Shown: positions 40,262 through 48,259 of the stretch, piece by piece
How the letters are laid out: each line of letters opens with the position of its first letter
Numbering within the stretch: position 1 is the stretch's first letter
NCBI GenBank assembly: GCA_963780485.1
Contig: CAWACO010000003.1
Coordinates: forward strand, 174,855 to 238,854
DNA: 64,000 bases
From: Bryobacterales bacterium
Lineage (GTDB): Bacteria; Acidobacteriota; Terriglobia; Bryobacterales; Bryobacteraceae
Direction of reading: 5' to 3'
Position numbers and translations under genes: made by a program
The notes under the pieces: model-generated
The model's input: the letters and a program-made list of their open reading frames with translations, nothing else
Told to the model about the DNA's origin: nothing
The model's database searches: none

Positions 40262-41473
40262 ATGCCCAAGTTCTCGAATCGCCGTAACTTTCTGAAGAGT
40301 AGCGCAGTAAGCGCGGCGCTCGCCGCCAGCGCGAGCGCAGGACGCGCCCAATCGACCGATGATAAACCAGCGCCGGACGATCCCACCCAGGCGCCGGGTT
40401 CGCCCGCCCGGGCTTATGGCGAGCGATCGCGGTTCGAGAAGACAGTTCGTGCTCCGTCGTCGCAAGGGACCTCCTCGGGCGCGCCTTTGCAGGATTTGAA
40501 CGGCATCATCACGCCGTCCTCGCTCCATTTCGAGCGGCATCATTCCGGAGTTCCGGACATCGATCCGCGCCGCCATCGCCTGATGATCCACGGCATGGTG
40601 GATCGCCCGCTGGTCCTCAGCATGGATGAGCTGAAGCGTTTCCCCTCCGTCTCGCGTATCCATGTCATGGAATGCTCCGGCAATGGTTTCCGGAACAAGG
40701 GAGCCAAAACGGTTCAGGACGCCCACGGCCTGGTGAGTTGCTCGGAGTGGACCGGCGTACCCCTAGCGCTGCTGCTGCGCGAAGCCGGCGTGCAGCCGGG
40801 CGCCAGTTGGATCGTTGCGGAGGGTTCCGATGCCGCCAAGATGACGCGCAGCGTGCCGCTGGCGAAAGCCATGAACGACGTGCTGCTGGCCTACGGTCAG
40901 AATGGCGAGGCGATACGTCCCGAGCAAGGCTATCCGCTGCGGCTGTTCGTTCCCGGTTGGGAGGGAAACATCAGCATCAAGTGGCTGCGCCGCATCAAAG
41001 TGGTGGACCAACCTTACATGACGCGCGAAGAGACTTCGAAGTACACCGACCTGATGCCGGATGGCAAGGCGCGCCAGTTCACCTTCGAGATGGATCCGAA
41101 ATCGCTCATCACTTACCCGTCCGGCGGTCAAAAGCTGGCGAATCCGGGCTTCTACGAGATTTCGGGATTGGCCTGGTCGGGCCGCGGCGCGATTCGAAAA
41201 GTCGAAGTTTCGGTGGACGGCGGCCGAACTTGGCGCGATGCGCAATTGCAGTCGCCCGTGCTTCCGATCGCGTTCACGCGGTTTCGTTTCGGATGGAAAT
41301 GGGATGGCAGCGAAGTGGTGCTGCAATCGCGATGTACCGATGAACACGGCGACACGCAGCCCGTATTCGCCGATCTGGTGAAGGCGCGAGGCGATCACTG
41401 GAGTTATCACTTTAATCCCATCCAAAGCTGGAAGGTCTCGGCCGATGGGAGCGTGCAGAATGCGCTGGTTTAG
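40262..41473 (+). CDS. Sulfite dehydrogenase molybdopterin subunit (SorA/SoxC-like) with a Tat signal
   Basis: Tat signal RRNFLKSSAVSAALAASASAGRA. Sulfite-oxidase-family motifs follow (FERHHSGVPDID, ECSGNG with the Mo-ligand Cys context, and the dimerisation domain). Confidence 0.85.
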   Translation: MPKFSNRRNFLKSSAVSAALAASASAGRAQSTDDKPAPDDPTQAPGSPARAYGERSRFEKTVRAPSSQGTSSGAPLQDLNGIITPSSLHFERHHSGVPDIDPRRHRLMIHGMVDRPLVLSMDELKRFPSVSRIHVMECSGNGFRNKGAKTVQDAHGLVSCSEWTGVPLALLLREAGVQPGASWIVAEGSDAAKMTRSVPLAKAMNDVLLAYGQNGEAIRPEQGYPLRLFVPGWEGNISIKWLRRIKVVDQPYMTREETSKYTDLMPDGKARQFTFEMDPKSLITYPSGGQKLANPGFYEISGLAWSGRGAIRKVEVSVDGGRTWRDAQLQSPVLPIAFTRFRFGWKWDGSEVVLQSRCTDEHGDTQPVFADLVKARGDHWSYHFNPIQSWKVSADGSVQNALV

Positions 41474-42005
41474 TACGCGCTCGCTCTGGCTGGTGCTAGG
41501 CGTAAGTCTCACGTGGCCGCTCGCGGCGCAGTCGCCTACCTACGGTTTGGGCCGTGCGGCGAAGCCCGACGAGATCAAAGCCTGGGACTTCGCCATCGGT
41601 CCGGATGGCAAGGAGCTGCCGCCGGGCAGCGGGAGCGCGGCTGAGGGCGCTAAGATTTACGCCGCCAATTGCGCTGGTTGCCACGGCAAAACCGGCCAGG
41701 AAGGTCCCAACGATGTCCTGGTCGGCGGGCAAGGCACGCTCAACACCAACAAGCCGGTGAAGACGGTCGGAAGCTACTGGCCCTATGCGACGACAGTTTG
41801 GGATTACATCAATCGGGCCATGCCGTATAACAAGCCAGGCAGTCTCACCGCGGACCAGGTCTATGCGGTCACTGCCTACCTGCTGTCGTTGAACGGCATC
41901 ATCAGAGAAGACGCCGTCATGAATGTGAAGACGCTGCCGCAAGTGAAGATGCCGAACCGCAATGGCTTTATCGGCGATCCGCGCCCCGATTGGAAGAGCA
42001 GGTGA
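41460..42005 (+). CDS. c-type cytochrome partner of sulfite dehydrogenase (SorB/SoxD-like)
   Basis: Signal peptide MRWFSTRSLWLVLGVSLTWPLAAQ and the CAGCHG haem motif. It overlaps the sorA-like stop by 14 nt. Confidence 0.75.
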   Translation: MRWFSTRSLWLVLGVSLTWPLAAQSPTYGLGRAAKPDEIKAWDFAIGPDGKELPPGSGSAAEGAKIYAANCAGCHGKTGQEGPNDVLVGGQGTLNTNKPVKTVGSYWPYATTVWDYINRAMPYNKPGSLTADQVYAVTAYLLSLNGIIREDAVMNVKTLPQVKMPNRNGFIGDPRPDWKSR

Positions 42006-43150
42006 ACGCGAAGGCCGGCGCGCAAGAAAATCTGAATTCGATTCACGACGATTTGATCGACCTGAGCCACCGGATCCACGCCAAACCGGAGCTTGGATTC
42101 GAGGAGGAACACGCGGCCAACTGGATTTGCGAGTTTCTCGATGGCGTGGGATTCGAGGTCGAGCGCGGGATCTGCGATCTTCCGACCGCCTTCGCCGCCA
42201 AAGCGGGCAACGGTCCCGTGCATGTCGCCATCTGCGCCGAATACGACTCTCTACCTGGAATCGGGCACGCCTGCGGGCACAATATCATCGCGGCTTCGTC
42301 GTGTGGCGCGGCCATCGCCGCGGCAGCAGTGGCCGATGATGCGGGCTTGACCGTACATCTGATCGGCACGCCCGCCGAAGAAGTTGGTAATGCCAGCGGC
42401 AAGATCCTGATGCTCCAGCGCGGAGCCTTCGAAGGGATGCATCTTGCGATGATGGTGCACCCCGCGCCTTTCGATGCCGTGATGCCCAAGATCATCGCCG
42501 CCTCGATGTTCGAAGTTGCCTACACCGGCAAGGAATCGCACGCATCGGCTTTTCCAGAGCTGGGCATCAACGCCGCGGACGCGCTCACCGTGGCCCAGAC
42601 TGCGATCGGACTTCTGCGCCAGCACATTCGGCCGTCGGATAAGATTCATGGTATTGTTACGCACGGTGGCGATGCTCCCAACATCGTTCCGGCGCACACC
42701 CGCGCCAAGTACATCATCCGCTCCGAAACGGTCAAGGATCTCGCCGAACTCCGCCGCAAGGTTCACCGATGCTTCGACGCCGGTGCAATTGCTACCGGCT
42801 CGACCATGGAAATCATAGGCGGCGACCAGCCCTATGCCGAGATGATTCACGATTCCGCGATCGCGGACCTCTATCGAAAAAATGCGGAAACTTTGGGCCG
42901 GGTTTTTCCGGACTTCGGACCGCTGCGCGACCGTGTGGCTGCGTCCACCGATATGGGGAATGTTTCTCTGGCAGTGCCATCGATTCATCCTATGATTGGG
43001 ATCGAACCGGGAACAGCGGTGAACCATCAGCCTGAATTCACTGCGCACTGCGTCAAGCCTGCCGCGGATAAGGCCCTGTTGGACGGCGCGCTCGCGATGT
43101 CGTGGACAGCGATTGACGCTGCGGCCGAGTCACCGCGGCGATCCGCTTAG
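41990..43150 (+). CDS. M20 family amidohydrolase/peptidase (AbgB/M20D-like)
   Basis: IHAKPELGFEEEHAANW and EYDSLPGIGHACGHNI give the metal-ligand context. The start is ambiguous between TTG 41990 and GTG 42002. The GTG overlaps the cytochrome stop as GTGA. Confidence 0.85.
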   Translation: MEEQVNAKAGAQENLNSIHDDLIDLSHRIHAKPELGFEEEHAANWICEFLDGVGFEVERGICDLPTAFAAKAGNGPVHVAICAEYDSLPGIGHACGHNIIAASSCGAAIAAAAVADDAGLTVHLIGTPAEEVGNASGKILMLQRGAFEGMHLAMMVHPAPFDAVMPKIIAASMFEVAYTGKESHASAFPELGINAADALTVAQTAIGLLRQHIRPSDKIHGIVTHGGDAPNIVPAHTRAKYIIRSETVKDLAELRRKVHRCFDAGAIATGSTMEIIGGDQPYAEMIHDSAIADLYRKNAETLGRVFPDFGPLRDRVAASTDMGNVSLAVPSIHPMIGIEPGTAVNHQPEFTAHCVKPAADKALLDGALAMSWTAIDAAAESPRRSA

Positions 43151-44823
43151 GGCCGCTCACCCAGCAGCGTCTTCAACCGGTCATAGCCGGCGCGGCTCAC
43201 TTGAAGTTGCGTCCCATCGGTAAGCACCGCGACGCGGCTGTCTTTGGCATAGGGCTCGATCTTCGCGACGCGTTCCAGGTTCACGATGACCGAGCGGTGA
43301 ATTCGCACGAAGCACTGCGGATCGAGCGCGGCTTCCAAGCTCGAAATGGTCTGTTGCTTGAGAAAGCTCTTCCCCTGGCTGTGCAGCTCGACATAATCGT
43401 CCTGGGCTTCGGCGTAATCCAGTTTGTCGACCGGGATGATATGCACGCGCGCGCCATCTTTTACGACGATGCGTTCCAGGTGCTGCTCGGGTGGCCGGGC
43501 GGCGCGGGCTAATTCTGGCGCGGGCGGCAGCTTCTCGCCTAGCCTCTGCCGGGCCCGATCGAGAGCTTTGTCGAAGCGCTCCTGGCTGAAAGGCTTCAGC
43601 AGATAGTCCACCGCGTGCGCATCGAAGGCCTTCATTGCGTATTGATCGAAAGCCGTAACGAAAATCACCGCTACGTCGCGGTCGATCAATTCCAGCACTT
43701 CGAAGCCGTCGAGTTTCGGCATCTGCACGTCCAGGAACACCAGATCGGGCTTACGCTCGGAAATGGCTTTCACCGCTTCGAATCCATTGGCGCACTCCGC
43801 CAGGATATCGATCTCGCGGCTGGACGCCAGATATTCGCGCAGCAGGTGGCGCGCCAGCTCTTCATCGTCCACGATGACTGCGCCGATCCGGCTTCGCTGG
43901 TGAACGGAGCTTCCGGCGGTCGCAGCCTGCTCGGAGCCCGAGTCGCGCTCCAGATTCTTCAAATCCACCAGCAGCTCCCGTGCTGATTGATAGCGCCGCT
44001 CCCGGTCTTTTTCGAGACATTTCCGGACGACCCTTTCCAGACCCTCGGGAACCTCATAGTTGAAGCGGGCAATGGCATCCGGTTGCGCTTGCAGAATACG
44101 GGCCATGGTCTCCGATGGCGTGGCGCCGGAGAATGGCAGCCGACCGGTGGCCATCTCGTACAGCACCACGCCCAGGCTAAAGATGTCGGTGCGATAATCG
44201 ACGTCTCGACCGAGCGCCTGCTCCGGGCTCATGTAGCTCACCGTACCGACCACCAGTCCGGCGCTGGTCAGCAACTGGGTCTCGTCCCGGCCTTTCGCAT
44301 CGGCCTCCAATTTCGCCAGCCCGAAATCCAGCACCTTGACGTGGCCGCGCGGCGTGATCATCAGGTTGGCCGGCTTGATATCGCGATGGACGATTCCTTT
44401 CGAGTGCGCGTCATCTAATGCGTCGGCCACCTGCATTCCGACCTGTACAAGTTCAGAAATCTTCAGCGGGCCTTCCAGGATGCGCTGCGCCAGCGGCCGG
44501 CCCTCGACGTATTCCATCGCCAGGAACCAAAGCTCGCCTTGCTGGCCGATTTCGAAAATGGTGGCGACGTTGGGATGCGTGAGCGCCGATGCCAGCCTGG
44601 CTTCCTGGACGAAGCGATGCATCCGGTCGGGATCAGCGGCAAACTCCGGCGGCAACACCTTCAGCGCCACGCGGCGTCCGAGCCTGGTGTCGTCGGCGAG
44701 GTAAACGGCGCCCATGCCACCTTGGCCCAGCGGCGAAACCACGCGATAGTGCGCGATCAGCGTGCCGGACGCCACCAAATCGACCATGATCTCCTCCATG
44801 TTACACATGCACCGCACCGTCAT
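43147..44823 (-). CDS. Hybrid regulator: Hanks-type Ser/Thr protein kinase, receiver domain and LytTR DNA-binding domain
   Basis: Kinase motifs are GQGGMGAVY, VALKVL, HRDIKPANLMI, DFGLAK and SYMSPEQ. Receiver motifs are VIVDDEEL...DLVFLDVQMPKLDG...IFVTAFDQYA...DYLLKP. The LytTR domain is VKDGARVHIIPVDKLDYAEAQDDYVELHS...FVRIHRSVIVNL. The ATG overlaps the kinase gene stop as ATGA. Confidence 0.85.
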   Translation of the reverse strand: MTVRCMCNMEEIMVDLVASGTLIAHYRVVSPLGQGGMGAVYLADDTRLGRRVALKVLPPEFAADPDRMHRFVQEARLASALTHPNVATIFEIGQQGELWFLAMEYVEGRPLAQRILEGPLKISELVQVGMQVADALDDAHSKGIVHRDIKPANLMITPRGHVKVLDFGLAKLEADAKGRDETQLLTSAGLVVGTVSYMSPEQALGRDVDYRTDIFSLGVVLYEMATGRLPFSGATPSETMARILQAQPDAIARFNYEVPEGLERVVRKCLEKDRERRYQSARELLVDLKNLERDSGSEQAATAGSSVHQRSRIGAVIVDDEELARHLLREYLASSREIDILAECANGFEAVKAISERKPDLVFLDVQMPKLDGFEVLELIDRDVAVIFVTAFDQYAMKAFDAHAVDYLLKPFSQERFDKALDRARQRLGEKLPPAPELARAARPPEQHLERIVVKDGARVHIIPVDKLDYAEAQDDYVELHSQGKSFLKQQTISSLEAALDPQCFVRIHRSVIVNLERVAKIEPYAKDSRVAVLTDGTQLQVSRAGYDRLKTLLGERP

Positions 44824-45869
44824 ACATGCGCGGCACAGGGTAAATCCACCTCCACCACGAATCGTTGATCCGACGTCACCGTATCGACGCGCGCCTCGTT
44901 TTCATAGAGCGCGCGAAGCCGGTTGCGCACGTTCTGCAGCCCTAAGCCATGCCGTCTGGCGGCCGGCGCATCCGGGTCGAATTCATTGTCGATTTTGACG
45001 TGCAGGCGTCCGTCGCGGCAGCGGGCTTCCAGGCGGATGATCCCACCGTCCACCAGCCCGGCGATGCCATGCTTCACGGCGTTTTCCACCAGCGGCTGCA
45101 GGAACAGCGGCGGCACAATGCAATCGTCGCAGCCTGCGTCGGTTATAAGTTCCACCTTCAGCCGCGCACCGAAGCGCACCTGCTCCACATCCAGGTAGGC
45201 TTTGGCTAGCGCCAGTTCATCGCGCCATGAAATACTTTGTTTTTCACCCAGGCTCAGGGTGCTGCGCAAGAAGTCGGAAAGCTTGATGCACATTTCGCGC
45301 GCGCGAACGCCGTCGACCGTGGCCAGGGCGCTGATCGAGTTCAGACTGTTGAACAGAAAATGCGGGTTGATCTGAGCTTTGAGCGCCTTTAATTCCGCCT
45401 CTTTGGCCATGGTGCGCGCGGCCTGCTCGCGTGTTTCGGCTTCCTTCGAGGATTCCACCGACAGCAGCACGTAATGCAGCGCCACGGCCAGCAGGTACAG
45501 CAAAACGCCGATGCCGAACAGCAACGGAAGTTGAGGGCTGAACCGTTGATCCAGCTGCGCAAAGCGGCGGCTTAAAGCGATCGCTAAAGCTTTAGCGAGT
45601 ACGATCCAGAGCAGCGCCACCACCACCGCGGCGGCGCCGTGATTCATCAGGAGCTTGGGCAGTTGGGACAAAGGCAGGACTCGGCATAGATACCACGGCG
45701 TCATGCAAATGAACGCATAAACCAAACAGAGAGGCAGCGCCAGAAGTTCCGCCTCGAGTAGTGGGACCCGGCCCGTAACCGACAGCAGGTAGCCCAGCAT
45801 TCCCGCCAGCATCAGCCAAACGAGCAGATATAGGATAATCCTGCCTCGGGTGGCAAGGAGCGGATGCAT
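44820..45869 (-). CDS. LytS/AlgZ-type sensor histidine kinase (PF06580-like)
   Basis: 349 aa with about 5 N-terminal TM helices, the H-box QINPHFLFNSLNSISAL and an HATPase region (PLFLQPLVENAVKHG, GLGLQNVRNRL). Confidence 0.85.
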   Translation of the reverse strand: MHPLLATRGRIILYLLVWLMLAGMLGYLLSVTGRVPLLEAELLALPLCLVYAFICMTPWYLCRVLPLSQLPKLLMNHGAAAVVVALLWIVLAKALAIALSRRFAQLDQRFSPQLPLLFGIGVLLYLLAVALHYVLLSVESSKEAETREQAARTMAKEAELKALKAQINPHFLFNSLNSISALATVDGVRAREMCIKLSDFLRSTLSLGEKQSISWRDELALAKAYLDVEQVRFGARLKVELITDAGCDDCIVPPLFLQPLVENAVKHGIAGLVDGGIIRLEARCRDGRLHVKIDNEFDPDAPAARRHGLGLQNVRNRLRALYENEARVDTVTSDQRFVVEVDLPCAAHV

Positions 45870-45884
45870 AAAAGGTTGGTCCGA

Positions 45885-46712
45885 TTAGTTGCGCAGACTG
45901 ATGCCGCCGAAGACGACTGAGCCGGTGATTACTAAATGTGGAGATTTGGCGTTCGGCTCGGTCTTAGATTGCATGGTTTTGTCTTCGACGCCGCCGAAGA
46001 TGGTCATGGCCCGATTGATAATAGTCCAATTGTCGGGTACGCGAACTTCGAGGCCACCGCAAACTACGTTCACATCGATCACTGCCTGATCAACGGTCAT
46101 GCCCGCACCCCGAAGGTCGAATTCGACGCCACCACACACCGCGACCGCATCGCCGCCGCGAAAATCCGGCGTGTTGATTCGCCGCTTACTGCCTCCGAAG
46201 ACTGCAAAGGCGTTGCAACTCGAGCTTTCATCGATGGGCCCGGATCCCGCCGATCCGGGCACGCCGGCCACGCCAGTCGCGTTTGCCAGGTATCTTTTGC
46301 GGTCGATCGAGCGCAGCAACATACTGAGCCCGAAAGCGATCAGAAGCAGAGGCCAGATCAGATTAAAATCGAAAACCACAATGTCAAGGTTGTCCAGAAG
46401 CAGAAGCGCGCCGGCCAACGTGACCACTCCACCCCAGATATAACCGGCGGGTGTTACAGATTCCAAAATCTTGGCGATGCCCACCACGATGAGCAGCACC
46501 GGCCAATAACGCCAGATGTCGTGGAAGCGGACGATTCCCATGTTGTCGAGCAGAATCATGAGCCCGATGAGGACGATCACCCCACCGACCACCATGCCGC
46601 CCATGCCGGTACCGTAGCGCTGGCGCCGTTCCATGCGCCGCTGCATCCGGGCGTTTATGCGATCGTGGACCCGTTTAGTGATGTCGTCTTTTAGCTGTTC
46701 GTTGTAGTCCAC
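45885..46712 (-). CDS. LiaF-like membrane protein (DUF5668-type TM region plus DUF2154-like C-terminal domain)
   Basis: After a charged N-terminus there are 4 TM helices (GGVIVLIGLMILLDNMG, WPVLLIVVGIAKILE and others). The C-terminal beta-rich domain is VFGGSKRRINTPDFRGGDAVAVCGGVEFDLR...GSVVFGGISLR, as in LiaF C-termini. Confidence 0.7.
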   Translation of the reverse strand: MDYNEQLKDDITKRVHDRINARMQRRMERRQRYGTGMGGMVVGGVIVLIGLMILLDNMGIVRFHDIWRYWPVLLIVVGIAKILESVTPAGYIWGGVVTLAGALLLLDNLDIVVFDFNLIWPLLLIAFGLSMLLRSIDRKRYLANATGVAGVPGSAGSGPIDESSSCNAFAVFGGSKRRINTPDFRGGDAVAVCGGVEFDLRGAGMTVDQAVIDVNVVCGGLEVRVPDNWTIINRAMTIFGGVEDKTMQSKTEPNAKSPHLVITGSVVFGGISLRN

Positions 46713-46752
46713 GGTTCGATAATACAGCGGCTAGGTCGTTGGTTCGACAGGA

Positions 46753-46785
46753 GATCGGCGAACGGTGGTGGGGGATCGGCGAACG
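46753..46785. repeat. Two identical 12-bp direct repeats GATCGGCGAACG with a 21-bp period, in the promoter region of the liaF-like operon
   Basis: The copies lie at 46753-46764 and 46774-46785. On the operon (minus) strand they read CGTTCGCCGATC. They sit 40-73 nt upstream of ATG 46712. Confidence 0.6.
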
Positions 46786-46851
46786 TACTGTGGGGGGTGG
46801 CAAAACGCTTTCGCAGGACGTACTGTGTGTAGGGAAAGGCTATCGCAGGTT

Positions 46852-46883
46852 GGAAACCTGCGCCACCCGGAACCTGCGCCACC
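46852..46883. repeat. Tandem 16-bp duplication GGAAACCTGCGCCACC / CGGAACCTGCGCCACC
   Basis: 14 of 16 positions are identical, and the copies are directly adjacent. The repeat lies in the 250-bp gap between the DUF1328 gene end and the liaF-like gene start. Confidence 0.6.
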
Positions 46884-46962
46884 TGGACGCGGCGACCGCG
46901 GTTCTCGATTCTGCGGGACGCCGCGTCCTGTGCGCTTTCAGCAACCGGTTTTGGCCGACTGC

Positions 46963-47127
46963 TTAAACTCTTCTAGCAAGGCCCCCGATCAAGGAAATCA
47001 CGAACAAGACCAGAAAGACCATGAACAGGATTCTTGCTATCCCCCCGGCGGCGGCTTCGATTCCTGTAAAACCGAAGAGCGCCGCAACGAGGGCAATTAT
47101 AAAAAAGACTACCGCCCAGTAAAGCAT
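46963..47127 (-). CDS. DUF1328 (UPF0391/YtjA-like) small membrane protein, 54 aa; not in the ORF track
   Basis: My translation of the minus strand is [54 protein letters not shown]-stop. GAGGAGG lies 5 nt upstream of the ATG. The FGF(T/G)GI..AA..IA(K/R)ILF pattern is the DUF1328 signature. Confidence 0.7.
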   Translation of the reverse strand: MLYWAVVFFIIALVAALFGFTGIEAAAGGIARILFMVFLVLFVISLIGGLARRV

Positions 47128-47141
47128 AATTCCTCCTCAAC

Positions 47142-47699
47142 CTAGATGCGAGATCCGGGACGATCGCTAGTGGCGTAGTCCGCGGACGCCTCACCGGTTG
47201 AGGAAATATCCTCGGCTCCGGTTTCCTCCAGGATTTTCTTGGCGCGCTTTACCCATTCGGAGTCGTCGCAGTGGACCGACAACAGAATCCCACCGGACTT
47301 GATGCGCCCTTCATAGCGCTTAGCTTCATATTCCGGGATACCCATGCCGACCAAGGAACCGACCAGGCCACCGATCGCTCCGCCGGCGCCGGCTCCGGCC
47401 AGAAGGCCCATAATCGGCCCGGCGGCGATAAATGGCCCCAGTCCGGGAATGGCCAATGCCCCGATCCCGGCCAGCCATCCGAGCGCCCCGCCGATGACGC
47501 CACCGGTCACCCCGCCAGTGGTTGCGCCTTCCGGCGCCTTGGTCTCTTTCTTAGCTGCCAGATCCTTGGTGCCCAAATTCTCAGGCATCAGAACCGAAAC
47601 ATCGGTGCTCCGGAAGCCTGCGGATCGCAGCCTCTCCAGAGCCTGGCCCAGAGAAACGGTGTCCTTAAAAATTCCAAAAACTGCTGTGTTTTTCCCCAT
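47142..47699 (-). CDS. General-stress-type protein with a YflT/GSP17M-like domain split by a glycine-zipper membrane segment
   Basis: AVFGIFKDTVSLGQALERLRSAGFRSTDVSVL and GIPEYEAKRYEGRIKSGGILLSVHCDD resemble B. subtilis YflT halves. The central GGVTGGVIGGALGWLAGIGALAIPGLGPFIAAGPIMGLLAGAGAGGAIGG is a Gly-zipper. Confidence 0.6.
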   Translation of the reverse strand: MGKNTAVFGIFKDTVSLGQALERLRSAGFRSTDVSVLMPENLGTKDLAAKKETKAPEGATTGGVTGGVIGGALGWLAGIGALAIPGLGPFIAAGPIMGLLAGAGAGGAIGGLVGSLVGMGIPEYEAKRYEGRIKSGGILLSVHCDDSEWVKRAKKILEETGAEDISSTGEASADYATSDRPGSRI

Positions 47700-47739
47700 A
47701 AATTTGCTCCTTGATGAAATTAACCGCGAGTTACCCTTT

Positions 47740-48117
47740 TTACTCTGATTTCGATTTTGAGGTATTGGGACCCACCGTTAGTTCGCTGGTGACTTTACCG
47801 TTGCCCGCAATGCTAGTGGCTTTGTCCTCGACGGCCTTCTTCTCGTCGTCCGTCTTCACTTGTCCCTTCAAAGTGACGGTACCATCCCGGGTCAGAATCT
47901 TGACGTTATGAGCTTGGGTAGAGAGCGATTTGTCCGATACGATCGCTTTGCGGATCTGTTGCGTCAGCTCTCGATCGGCTTTGTTCTGTGTAGCTGTGGA
48001 CGCCGTTTGCGGCGGTTGATCCGCTTGGCCAAATAATGGACCCGCCAGAGTTAACCCCGCCGATACAGCCAGCAATTGCGAAAGTAACGCTGCGTTAGAA
48101 ACGAGTGTTCTCTTCAT
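47740..48117 (-). CDS. BON domain protein (OsmY-like), secreted
   Basis: Signal peptide, then the BON motif IRKAIVSDKSLSTQAHNVKILTRDGTVTLKGQVKTDDEKKAVEDKA. Confidence 0.8.
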   Translation of the reverse strand: MKRTLVSNAALLSQLLAVSAGLTLAGPLFGQADQPPQTASTATQNKADRELTQQIRKAIVSDKSLSTQAHNVKILTRDGTVTLKGQVKTDDEKKAVEDKATSIAGNGKVTSELTVGPNTSKSKSE

Positions 48118-48259
48118 ACGCTGGTTCTAGTTGCACGAGCATTGCCAACTCCGCGGCCGAGGCCACAGTTAAACTTGTCGCTAGCTTCGTGCGGCGGGAC
48201 TGAAGAGAAGTTCGCCGCGGCAGGAATTATTACCTGTTAGTACCGGAGTTAAGCGACCG

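Noticed and set aside
48132-48147. A sigma-54-like element on the minus strand (TGGCAATGCTCGTGCA, with correct GG/GC spacing) upstream of the BON gene.
   Set aside because: The -12 GC lies only about 15 nt from the ATG at 48117. This leaves essentially no leader or RBS, and the BON ORF has no downstream alternative start. It is probably a chance match, though a leaderless transcript cannot be excluded.
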